A DNA stretch of 64,000 nucleotides from Candidatus Colwellbacteria bacterium (GTDB lineage Bacteria; Patescibacteriota; Minisyncoccia; UBA6257; Colwellbacteraceae), in assembly GCA_016176525.1 (NCBI GenBank), contig JACOWZ010000003.1, forward strand, positions 128,001 through 192,000. Reading direction: 5' to 3'. A program made the position numbers and the translations under genes. This document shows, piece by piece, positions 25,835 through 34,500 of the stretch. The notes under the pieces are model-generated. The model was not told the DNA's origin and did not search any database. It worked only from the letters and a program-made list of their open reading frames with translations. Within the stretch, counting starts at the first letter, position 1. The number at the start of each line of letters is the position of its first letter.

Positions 25835-27310
25835 TTATTTATTTAACGGCCCTGTAATACTGATTCCTTTTTTATTGATTTCATATTCTATAATTTCTTT
25901 TTCATGCCATGAGCCGCGAAGTTTTAAAATATTAAGAACGTTTATAATCTTTTTTTCGCGCTCTATATAGCGGGCTAGAATTACGCCGTCAACGAGCGAG
26001 CTTAGGCGAAGCGCTGTTGCGGATGTGGGCCCGAAGGTCTGTGGCGGAACAGATACGAATAAACTTGGCTCTAAGTGATTCACATACGCCGTGATGCCCT
26101 CGCTCTTTAAAAAGAAGTTTAGCTGGACTAAAAATTCGCGAACAAGTTCAAGAGGAATTTTACGCGATTCAATTGAAGATATTGAGTCAATTAAAATCCG
26201 TTTTGTATCCGGCTTATTTTTGGCTGCATTCACTATTTTATAGAGCAGCTTATCAAGATTGGTGTCTAGAAGACTCTCGCTAACAAATGCAAGTTGGCCG
26301 GATTTCTTAAATTTCTCGAGATCAAAGCCATATTCAGCCGCTGTTTTAACAATCTGTTCTGGCGGCTCTTCCATCGTCAGATAAATAACATCTTCTCCTT
26401 TTAGCAAGCCGTCCATAAGAAAATGCAGGCCAAAGGTTGTCTTGCCGGTGCCGGTGTTTCCGCTTATTAGCATTAAGTGCCCATAAGGAACTCCGCCACC
26501 CAGCATCTTGTCTAAAGCGGGCAGGCCGCTTGAGAGCCTTTCTGTAATATCAGTTTTAAAAGTGGAGCTGTAAGATGGAATTTTGGGGTAAATAATAACT
26601 CCATCGCCTGTGATATCAAAAATAACCTGACCGCTTCTGTAAGATACGCCGCGCATCTTTTCTACGTTCAACCTGCGGATCATAGACTGTTCCCCAAGAG
26701 TGTAGTTCAGCACAATAATTCCATCCGCCACAGAGTCTTCTACTCCGAATACCGACAAGCCCTGGTTATTTCTTTCAGCTATTAATAAGAGAGTCGCATT
26801 TCTAATTGACATAGCCCTTATAAGCCTTGAGAGAAATACCCTTGCCGTGGCCACATCTGTAAGCCTATATAAAAATCCTGTAATGTTGTCAAAAACCACT
26901 CGTTTTGAGCCAAGTTTATCAACTAAATTGGTAATAGCTTGAACAACTGCATTTATATCTTTTGAATCCAACTTTTTTTCCTCAAGATTCCGGCCTTTTA
27001 CCAAAATTTCTAAGTCAGAAAAATAAACTCCTGCTTCATCCACCGCGCTCTGGCTATAAAACCCAAGGGTTCTAGTATTTTTTATAGCCGAAGCAATAGG
27101 CTCCGTTGTGCTTATGTATACTCCCGGCTCTTTAAACTTTGTATAACCGGTAAATAGCCACTGCAAGCCAATAACAGTTTTTCCCGTACCGGGCTGACCA
27201 GAAAGTATAACAGAAGAACCTTCCACCAACCCGCCATTTAAAACCGAATCCAGGCCGGGAATTCCCATGGGCTGAATTTGCAATTTTTCCTCTACAAGCG
27301 GTTTTTTCAT
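25835..27310 (-). CDS. KaiC-like double-domain ATPase
   Basis: Two Walker A motifs (GQPGTGKT, GNTGTGKT), KMRG/KLRG fingers, LSSLVD phosphosite-like motif. Confidence 0.88.
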   Translation of the reverse strand: MKKPLVEEKLQIQPMGIPGLDSVLNGGLVEGSSVILSGQPGTGKTVIGLQWLFTGYTKFKEPGVYISTTEPIASAIKNTRTLGFYSQSAVDEAGVYFSDLEILVKGRNLEEKKLDSKDINAVVQAITNLVDKLGSKRVVFDNITGFLYRLTDVATARVFLSRLIRAMSIRNATLLLIAERNNQGLSVFGVEDSVADGIIVLNYTLGEQSMIRRLNVEKMRGVSYRSGQVIFDITGDGVIIYPKIPSYSSTFKTDITERLSSGLPALDKMLGGGVPYGHLMLISGNTGTGKTTFGLHFLMDGLLKGEDVIYLTMEEPPEQIVKTAAEYGFDLEKFKKSGQLAFVSESLLDTNLDKLLYKIVNAAKNKPDTKRILIDSISSIESRKIPLELVREFLVQLNFFLKSEGITAYVNHLEPSLFVSVPPQTFGPTSATALRLSSLVDGVILARYIEREKKIINVLNILKLRGSWHEKEIIEYEINKKGISITGPLNK

Positions 27311-27339
27311 TATTTGTCTTAGTCTTTTAGTTTATTATA

Positions 27340-27379
27340 CAAAATCCAATATGCCAACCAGCTGGCGTATTGGATTTTG
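27340..27379 (-). terminator. Hairpin downstream of tRNA-Leu
   Basis: CAAAATCCAATATGCCA...TGGCGTATTGGATTTTG. Confidence 0.65.
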
Positions 27380-27382
27380 TTT

Positions 27383-27469
27383 TGGTGCCCGGGGTGGGAT
27401 TTGAACCCACAACCCAAAATTTGGGCAAGGATTTTAAGTCCTCTGCGTAAACCATTCCGCCACCCGGGC
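27383..27469 (-). tRNA. tRNA-Leu(TAA)
   Basis: CT-TAA-AA loop, long variable arm, CCA encoded. Confidence 0.93.
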
Positions 27470-27529
27470 GTATTCGCACTCAAAAGTCTAAATCAGACTA
27501 AAAAAAATTTCAACAAAAAAGCCGCGTGC

Positions 27530-28063
27530 CTAATTGGCAAGCGGTGATTCGGTTTCGATAATCTCCTTTTTGAGAGAAAGCTGCAGCTTAAACTTCCCAT
27601 TGGTCGGGAAATTCCTGCGGATGATCTTTTCTTCGTCGGGAGTGAGAGACCAGACGAAATTGGAAAGCCTGGTTTTTTGTCCCGCGAAGCGCAGACCCAT
27701 ATGATCATGGGATTGATCTGCACTCATCAGTAGAATAGGGTGTCGCTCATCATCAATCTCAAGCGCGATCAATGTTAGAACGACGTCTTCAGGATTTCGC
27801 GCCTCCTTCATCATCAAGACGCTGGAGTCCAGAGTGCAAACGAGCGTGTGGCGCTCCGGGAAAAATTCGGTCGGTATCTTGGCTCGCTGACTGAAAAAGT
27901 GTTGGCTGACCATGATAAACTCTTCGCTGAATTCAATCCCATTGGGAAGGTTCAGTTCGCCCGGAATGTCCTGAGATTGGAAAATTATTTTCCGAAGACC
28001 ATCTCCGGTCAAGACTACTTCTCTCACTTCAAGTTCCTTCGTAATTTTTACCACAAAAACCAT
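27530..28063 (-). CDS. Hypothetical protein
   Basis: ORF with AAAGGAG RBS (likely start GTG 28054) and TTGACA-17-CATATT. Confidence 0.6.
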   Translation of the reverse strand: MVFVVKITKELEVREVVLTGDGLRKIIFQSQDIPGELNLPNGIEFSEEFIMVSQHFFSQRAKIPTEFFPERHTLVCTLDSSVLMMKEARNPEDVVLTLIALEIDDERHPILLMSADQSHDHMGLRFAGQKTRLSNFVWSLTPDEEKIIRRNFPTNGKFKLQLSLKKEIIETESPLAN

Positions 28064-28128
28064 CTCCTTTGATGGTAAAGTGCTGAAATTAATATGCTGT
28101 TATTCGCGATAAATGTCAACTTTATTTG

Positions 28129-28200
28129 AGGCCGCAGTCGGAATTGAACCGACGCATAGGGGATTTGCAGTCCCCTGCCTTACCACTTGGCTATGCGGCC
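28129..28200 (-). tRNA. tRNA-Cys(GCA)
   Basis: GGGGA-CTGCAAA-TCCCC arm; U73. Confidence 0.93.
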
Positions 28201-28213
28201 AAACATATAGATA

Positions 28214-28546
28214 TTACTCATCCATTAGCTTTTTTTCAATCTTCGCCGCATGCTCCACACCCTCATCTATAACAAAATTCAGTTGGGGCACTGTGCGTAT
28301 ATTTAATATTCTAATAAGTTTGTAATGCAAGCCGCCTGAAGATTTTTTCAGCTGATCAACTATTTCTACAGCTTTTCCGTCTGGAAATACGCTTACGCCA
28401 ATTTTTGCAGAGTTTAAGTCACTGGAGAGCTCAACACTCGTTAAGCTAACCAAAACTCCAGAGGGAAGATCAAGTTCGCGCGCAATAAGCTTGCTAAGCT
28501 CTTGCTCAATCAGGCTCTCCAACTTAGGCTGGCGTTTAATGTCCAT
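28214..28546 (-). CDS. rbfA: Ribosome-binding factor A
   Basis: VELSSDLNSAKI, IRTVPQLNFVID; directly downstream of infB. Confidence 0.9.
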   Translation of the reverse strand: MDIKRQPKLESLIEQELSKLIARELDLPSGVLVSLTSVELSSDLNSAKIGVSVFPDGKAVEIVDQLKKSSGGLHYKLIRILNIRTVPQLNFVIDEGVEHAAKIEKKLMDE

Positions 28547-29964
28547 TAATAAACTTTAATTATATCTCCCGGCTGCACCATAAAAACCGAATCCAGCATT
28601 ATTCCACACTCACCCTCACTTACTTCTCGCCTATCCTCTTTACCTTGCTGAAGGTTAACAATTCTTCCTTCGCCTACTTTTTCGCTACCCCGATGAATAT
28701 CTGCATCCGAATTATTCTGCACAACACCAGAGGCAACCTTACACCCTACAACTTGCTTTTTGCCCTTAACGCTAAATACTTTTAGAACCTCCAATTGCCC
28801 CCTGGCTTGCGAGCCAGACTCGCCCTTTATATAACTCTCTAAATCTTCTAAAAGCTTGTATATAATATCGTGTTTAATTATCTGAATATTCTGGACTCTG
28901 GCCAAGCTTTCGGCGCCCTTATCGGGCTCTACACCAAACCCCAAAATAACACTGCCGGTGTTTTTAGCCATATTTACATCATTGGATGTAATCTCTCCAA
29001 CCGATGCGTCCAACACCTGCACTTTTGCCCCAACTAGTTCGCGCAAGGCTTCTAAAGATCCTGCAACATCGGCTTTAAGCACTGCCTTTATTCTTTCTTC
29101 ACCTTCGCCACTCGGAGCAACTGCCGATGCTTCTTTTTGCAAACCTGGTTCTTTGCCAACCCCCCAAATTTCGCCAACTTTAGGAATAGCCTCCCAGCCA
29201 AGAATTCTAATGGGCATTGATGGTATAGCGTATTTAATTCTCTTGCCGAGAAAGTCTTCCATAATTTTTACTTTGCATGCTGCAGAGTCCGTGCCAATTT
29301 CGTCTCCTATTTTTAGTTCGCCGTCTTTTATAATACAGCTCGCTACAATCCCTCTGCGGCTGTCTTTGTGCGCTTCAATAATAAAGCCTTTACCTTTTGC
29401 TGCAGTATCATATTTTAATTCTTCAAGCTCGCCTAAAAGAACAATTAAACTTAAAAGCTCTTCAATCCCCTCGCCGCTAACAGTTGATGTGCCATGCCAG
29501 CTAACATCGCCCCCATATTTTTCTAGCATAACACCCATATGCCCTAGCTCGCGCGCAGCGCGCTCAATATCCGCATTGTTTTTATCTATTTTAGTGAGTG
29601 CAACTATAAAAGGCGTTTCAGTTTTTTTTAGAATCTCTATCGCTTCTTTTGTCTGCGGCTTTACGCCATCATCTGCGGCAACAACAAGTATTGCAACATC
29701 TGCCACAGCCGCACCGCGCCTGCGCATTGCAGAGAATGCCTCGTGGCCCGGGGTGTCAATAAATGTAATTTTTTTGCCGTCTTTTTCTACCTCATATGCG
29801 CCTGTTGCCTGCGTTATGCCGCCGGCTTCACGCGCAGCAATGTTGGTCTTGCGAATATAGTCCAGCAAACTAGTCTTGCCATGGTCAACATGGCCGACAA
29901 CAACGACCACGGGGGGCCTTGTAAGTAATGTTTCTTTAGTTTTAGTAGCAGTTTTTGAGGCCAT
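28546..29964 (-). CDS. infB: Translation initiation factor IF-2, lacking the long N-terminal domain
   Basis: RPPVV..GHVDHGKT, REAGGITQ, DTPGHEAF. Confidence 0.96.
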   Translation of the reverse strand: MASKTATKTKETLLTRPPVVVVVGHVDHGKTSLLDYIRKTNIAAREAGGITQATGAYEVEKDGKKITFIDTPGHEAFSAMRRRGAAVADVAILVVAADDGVKPQTKEAIEILKKTETPFIVALTKIDKNNADIERAARELGHMGVMLEKYGGDVSWHGTSTVSGEGIEELLSLIVLLGELEELKYDTAAKGKGFIIEAHKDSRRGIVASCIIKDGELKIGDEIGTDSAACKVKIMEDFLGKRIKYAIPSMPIRILGWEAIPKVGEIWGVGKEPGLQKEASAVAPSGEGEERIKAVLKADVAGSLEALRELVGAKVQVLDASVGEITSNDVNMAKNTGSVILGFGVEPDKGAESLARVQNIQIIKHDIIYKLLEDLESYIKGESGSQARGQLEVLKVFSVKGKKQVVGCKVASGVVQNNSDADIHRGSEKVGEGRIVNLQQGKEDRREVSEGECGIMLDSVFMVQPGDIIKVY

Positions 29965-30033
29965 AAGTTTCTACAAGATAGCAGAATAAATTGATTATTA
30001 CAATCGTTTACGATATTCTGTAATAAGAAATTT

Positions 30034-30122
30034 GGAGGGGACGCATAGCGGCTAGTGCAAAAGTTTGCTAAACTTTGGCCCCGGAAGGGACCAGGTGGGT
30101 TCGACTCCCACTCCCTCCGCCA
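30034..30122 (+). tRNA. tRNA-Ser(GCT)
   Basis: AAAGT-TTGCTAA-ACTTT arm, long variable arm, G73-CCA. Confidence 0.9.
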
Positions 30123-30125
30123 GCA

Positions 30126-30419
30126 ATGTTTAAGCTAATTGTAACAATTATGGGAGCCTTAATGTCTATCGGATATCTCCCACAGGCATATAAGATTATA
30201 AAGACGAAATCAGCTGAAGATGTCTCTGTTATTACTTATCTAATTTTAAGCATAGGTACACTTGTTTGGACAATATATGGTATACAAATTAGAGACCTGC
30301 CAATTATAATAGGATTCTCTATAGGGGTTTTTGGTTCCTGGCTTGTGTTAGGCGCAACACTATATTACAACTATAAAAATGGCAAAAAAGGTATCATTCA
30401 AGAGAAACCAAAGCCTTAG
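30126..30419 (+). CDS. SemiSWEET / PQ-loop transporter
   Basis: YLPQAYKIIKTKSAEDVS motif, 3 TM; start moved to ATG 30126. Confidence 0.85.
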   Translation: MFKLIVTIMGALMSIGYLPQAYKIIKTKSAEDVSVITYLILSIGTLVWTIYGIQIRDLPIIIGFSIGVFGSWLVLGATLYYNYKNGKKGIIQEKPKP

Positions 30420-31080
30420 GGAATTTCAGCGAATAAACGGAGAGATTTATAACGAGAACGACGATCGTCTGTATTCCCTGCCAGATATAATGGCTAACCA
30501 GCTGCGCTTTACAATGCGCGCCATAAAAGGCGTTCGCAAGAAAAATAAAAGCAGATTAGAAAATAATCTTCTTATTGCATTTTCATGGCTTATGACGCTT
30601 GCAAGTCGACTGCATATCGACGTTGAAGATTCTATTTGGAAAAGATTCCCGGGATATTGCCCATATTGCGGAGGATGCCCTTGCAAATGCCGCTTTAGAA
30701 AGGTTAAGCCGAAGAAAATGGTGCGCCTTGTGCGAAAAGATTCTAAGCGTCCAAAATCATTGGCCGAATTTCAAGAAATGGTTGAGTCAATATACCCACA
30801 AGGCGAAAAAACATTAATTGACTCTACAATTCACTTAGCGGAAGAAGCTGGAGAAGTGAGCGAGGCAATACAAATATATTACGGAGAGCATAAAGATAGC
30901 CAGTTTAAGGATGTAGCTAAAGAGATTGCCGATTTTGCCTGCCATTTTTTTAATGTTGCAAGCGCTGCAGGAATTGATATAGCAAGGGGGCTCGCAAAAC
31001 AATATAAAAATAATTGCCATGTTTGCCACAAGGCACCGTGTATATGCAAGTTTTCGTACGTAGCTAAATTTAAATCCTAA
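30379..31080 (+). CDS. Tandem MazG-like NTP pyrophosphohydrolase with Cys-rich tails
   Basis: LAEEAGEV...EIAD in the second half; CPYCGGCPCKC and CHVCHKAPCIC. Confidence 0.75.
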   Translation: MAKKVSFKRNQSLREFQRINGEIYNENDDRLYSLPDIMANQLRFTMRAIKGVRKKNKSRLENNLLIAFSWLMTLASRLHIDVEDSIWKRFPGYCPYCGGCPCKCRFRKVKPKKMVRLVRKDSKRPKSLAEFQEMVESIYPQGEKTLIDSTIHLAEEAGEVSEAIQIYYGEHKDSQFKDVAKEIADFACHFFNVASAAGIDIARGLAKQYKNNCHVCHKAPCICKFSYVAKFKS

Positions 31081-31926
31081 ATGAAATTCTCTATCGGCCT
31101 ACTTGGGCTTTCACTCGCGATTATTGGGCTTTTTACACTTACAATTTTTACTCCGACAGAAAAAATAAACATTAAAACATCCGCCTCTGCAAACAAAACA
31201 GAACTGGCTATAAAATATGACCCACGCCTACTGCCGGACCTTATACCCTACCCGGCAAAAGATTTAGAGATTCAAGAAGAAGACGACAATATATATCTGC
31301 TCTTTACCACAATGTTTTATAACAATGGCCGCGGGCCATTGGAACTCATTGCAGACCCGGCGACAAAGGGAATAAGAGCCGACATTGAAAGAAATGTCTT
31401 ACAAAGAATATACAACGAAAATGGCACATATGAAGATAAAATAGCCGGCACATTTCTATGGCATCAAGAACATTTACACTACCACTACAAAGATTTTGTA
31501 ATTTATGATCTAGAGCCGATTAAGGCCCTCGGCGCAACTGACCTAGAAGGTAATCGCGTAAAATCTACTTTTTGTATAAGGGATGTAAGCAAAACTGATG
31601 CAATTCTAGAAAATACGCTGGAAAAGGCAAAATATCTAATCTGCGGCAAAGAACTGCAGGGAATATCAGTGGGCTGGGCAGATACATACTTTAACTATTA
31701 CCCCGACCAGCGACTGAACATCACCGATTTGCCAAGCGGCACATATCGCCTTAGTTTTATAGTAAACCCAGAAAGTATCTTAGAAGAGTCTGACAGTACA
31801 AATAACATAAGCAGTATAGAGTTTAGATATAATAAGAATTCAGGTGAAGTAAAAATATTAGATGAATCGCCTGCAGACTTGCCGAACTTTGAACACGTGC
31901 ATATTGACCAACAATTTGAGCAATGA
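31081..31926 (+). CDS. Lysyl-oxidase-like secreted or anchored protein
   Basis: WHQEHLHYHY Cu motif, KSTFCIRD, QGISVGWADTY, NITDLPSGTY, ESDSTNN. Confidence 0.8.
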   Translation: MKFSIGLLGLSLAIIGLFTLTIFTPTEKINIKTSASANKTELAIKYDPRLLPDLIPYPAKDLEIQEEDDNIYLLFTTMFYNNGRGPLELIADPATKGIRADIERNVLQRIYNENGTYEDKIAGTFLWHQEHLHYHYKDFVIYDLEPIKALGATDLEGNRVKSTFCIRDVSKTDAILENTLEKAKYLICGKELQGISVGWADTYFNYYPDQRLNITDLPSGTYRLSFIVNPESILEESDSTNNISSIEFRYNKNSGEVKILDESPADLPNFEHVHIDQQFEQ

Positions 31927-33038
31927 GAATAAAAATAATAATTTTAATAATAATTGCAGCTGTAATAGGTGTGTTTCTAATAAACCGCGGTGGGGAGGAT
32001 GAAATAATTGTGGTAACAGGTGAGCCAGCAGAAACCGCAGCAGAATCGGTAAAAGTAATAGCCGAGGGCCTTGAAATACCATGGGATATAGCATTTTTGC
32101 CTTATGGTGATTTACTTGTAACAGAGCGGCCCGGGCGGCTTGTTAGGATCGACGTGGATGGCACACGCACGCAAATTCCTGTTGAATCGGTGCGCCACGC
32201 TGGCGAAGGAGGCCTTTTGGGTTTGGTTCTACATCCAAATTTTACCCAAAATAATTGGCTGTACATTTATCTTTCTTCTCCCGAAGCGGGAGGCGAGACA
32301 ATAAATCGTGTTGAGCAATATAAGCTTGTAAACAATATTTTAACGAAAAAGAAAATAATTATTGATAATATTCCGGGCGCTCCATACCACGACGGCGGGC
32401 GAATTGAGTTTGGCCCTGATGACAAGCTTTATATTTCAACAGGCGACGCAACCCGGCCAGAGATTGCGCAAGACTTAAACTCACTTGGCGGCAAAATACT
32501 GCGCCTAAACGAGAATGGTACAAGCGAAGTTTATTCATACGGCCATAGAAATCCGCAGGGCTTAGCGTGGGACAATAAGGGTAATTTATGGGAAACAGAG
32601 CACGGCCCATCCGCTGTGGTTTTCCCAAATTGCTGCCAAGACGAGCTTAATTTAATTAAGCCTGGCGCAAACTATGGCTGGCCTGATAGCGTTGGCGATA
32701 AAGTGCTTACAGAAACTATAGCTCCAGCGTTACACTCGGGCCGCGACACATGGGCGCCTGCAAGTTTGGTTTATTGGAAGAACCCCGACGCTTCGGTCGG
32801 GGCAGGTAGTTTATTCTTCGGCGGGCTAAAAGGCGAGGCGCTATACGAAGCGGTGTTAGATGGCGACAAAGTTAGAGAACTCAAAACCCATTTTAAGAAT
32901 GAATTCGGCCGCATACGCACTGTGCGCATAGGGCCGGATAATATGCTCTATATTACGACCTCCAACCGCGACGGCCGCGGCGCTGTGCGTACTGGAGACG
33001 ATAAGATAATCAGAATTAACCCTAGATTTCTAGATTAG
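31923..33038 (+). CDS. PQQ-dependent glucose/sorbosone dehydrogenase
   Basis: PWDIAF, TERPG, GEGGLLG, HDGGRI, YGHRNPQG, NYGWP. Confidence 0.9.
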   Translation: MRIKIIILIIIAAVIGVFLINRGGEDEIIVVTGEPAETAAESVKVIAEGLEIPWDIAFLPYGDLLVTERPGRLVRIDVDGTRTQIPVESVRHAGEGGLLGLVLHPNFTQNNWLYIYLSSPEAGGETINRVEQYKLVNNILTKKKIIIDNIPGAPYHDGGRIEFGPDDKLYISTGDATRPEIAQDLNSLGGKILRLNENGTSEVYSYGHRNPQGLAWDNKGNLWETEHGPSAVVFPNCCQDELNLIKPGANYGWPDSVGDKVLTETIAPALHSGRDTWAPASLVYWKNPDASVGAGSLFFGGLKGEALYEAVLDGDKVRELKTHFKNEFGRIRTVRIGPDNMLYITTSNRDGRGAVRTGDDKIIRINPRFLD

Positions 33039-33055
33039 TGTGCTAGAATTATTCT

Positions 33056-33199
33056 ATGCATAAGTGCTTTCATTGCCATAGACCACTTGTTAAAGAAATA
33101 AAATCTGATAGACCCGTATTTGCAAAATTGTGTTATAACTGCGGCAGAGTGCAGGCTCCGCGCAGATCAGAAAAACCACAAAAACCACGCAGCAAATAG
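33056..33199 (+). CDS. Putative 47-aa zinc-ribbon microprotein
   Basis: MHKCFHCH...LCYNCGRVQ; TGCTAGAAT immediately upstream. Confidence 0.55.
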   Translation: MHKCFHCHRPLVKEIKSDRPVFAKLCYNCGRVQAPRRSEKPQKPRSK

Positions 33200-33201
33200 A
33201 T

Positions 33202-33498
33202 ATGGAGTACTTTTCAGGTATAAATTGGTTTGCTGTTTTCGGAGTGGCCGCAATAGGGCTTGCGATAAGAATTATTTGGAAAAAAGATAATGGTTTAGCC
33301 GCAGCCGCGCTTGCCCTAATTAGCTCGTTTGTACTTGCTACTCTTATTGCAAACCTTGGGGTTGCAAATCCGCTAAAAGGCGCAGCTTTCGGTGCGCTTA
33401 TATGGCTCGGTTTTGTGGCACCAACACGTGCGCAAGACCTTGGGTTGCACCTTACAACGCTTGTGATAATGGGGCTTGCGCTAACTTGGTGGCAATAA
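33202..33498 (+). CDS. Small membrane protein, DUF1761-like
   Basis: INWFAV...GAAFGALIWLGFVAPT pattern. Confidence 0.6.
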   Translation: MEYFSGINWFAVFGVAAIGLAIRIIWKKDNGLAAAALALISSFVLATLIANLGVANPLKGAAFGALIWLGFVAPTRAQDLGLHLTTLVIMGLALTWWQ

Positions 33499-33510
33499 AT
33501 TTTTATAGCG

Positions 33511-34500
33511 TTACTTACGCTTTACAACACGCCTTACTGCAGAGACAATATCTTTTACACCCATACCGTATTTTTCTATAACCTCGTTTGGCGGGCCAGA
33601 TTCACCGAACACTCCCTGCATACCTATAAACTCTTGAGGAGTCGGATAATTCTTAGCTAACACCTCTGCGACTGCAGAACCCATGCCTCCCGCAACTTGG
33701 TGCTCTTCAACAGTTACAACCGCACCGCATTTTTTAGCAACTTCTATAATCTTTCTCTCGTCCATCGGCTTAACAGTATGGTTATTTAAAACGATTGTGC
33801 CTATTTTTATTTTCTCCAGCTCTTTAGCGGCTAAAAGCGCGTTGTACAAAAGCGGGCCGCAGCCAATAATCGCGCACTGCGGCTTTTTAGATTCCCAAAA
33901 AACTTCGGCTTTGCCCGGCGTATAAGGCGTAGATTCGGTTGTAAAAACCGGAGACTTTTCGCGGGCAAAACGTATGTAAATCGGGCCCCAGATTTTGGCT
34001 GCGGCGACGGTCGCCTTTTTGGCCTCAACTGCATCGCAAGGCACAAAAACTTTCATATTTGCCATAACACGCATTGTCGCGATGTCTTCCACTGCTTGGT
34101 GCGTTGCGCCGTCTGGGCCGACCGAGACTCCCGCGTGCGAACCGGCAATTTTAACATTAGAATCATTGTAAGAAATAGTGGTTCTAATTTGCTCCCAATT
34201 TCTGCCTGGAGAAAAAGTTGCATAAGAAGAAATAAATGGAACTTTGCCGGAAATTCCCAAACCAGCTGCAATAGTTGCCATATTTTGTTCGGCAACGCCC
34301 ATTTCTATAAATCTCTCCGGGTATTTTTTAGAAAAAGCTTCTGAACGCGTAGACTCTGTTAAATCTGCGCAGAGCACTACAACGTTTTTGTCTGCCTCGC
34401 CTGCGACAAGTAGGCCTTCACCATAACCATTGCGTGTAGGCGCTTGTTTTATATCATCCTTAAATACTTCCGGGCTCAATTTTGCTTCTTTGTTTATCAT
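33511..34500 (-). CDS. Transketolase C-terminal subunit
   Basis: MGVAEQNM, GPDGATHQ, TVEEH. Confidence 0.92.
   Translation of the reverse strand: MINKEAKLSPEVFKDDIKQAPTRNGYGEGLLVAGEADKNVVVLCADLTESTRSEAFSKKYPERFIEMGVAEQNMATIAAGLGISGKVPFISSYATFSPGRNWEQIRTTISYNDSNVKIAGSHAGVSVGPDGATHQAVEDIATMRVMANMKVFVPCDAVEAKKATVAAAKIWGPIYIRFAREKSPVFTTESTPYTPGKAEVFWESKKPQCAIIGCGPLLYNALLAAKELEKIKIGTIVLNNHTVKPMDERKIIEVAKKCGAVVTVEEHQVAGGMGSAVAEVLAKNYPTPQEFIGMQGVFGESGPPNEVIEKYGMGVKDIVSAVRRVVKRK

Noticed and set aside
28958-29860. 300-aa plus-strand ORF
   Set aside because: Antisense shadow of infB; the same applies to 38261..38986 (clpB) and 39637..40236 (htrA).
22076-29964. Short ValS and IF-2 as pseudogenes
   Set aside because: Catalytic motifs are intact and the ends abut neighbouring genes; consistent with genome streamlining.
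30075-30125. N-terminal extension of the SemiSWEET ORF, and other ORFs overlapping tRNAs (28113..28325, 55697..56050, 60794..61393)
   Set aside because: They run through clear tRNA genes and are spurious.
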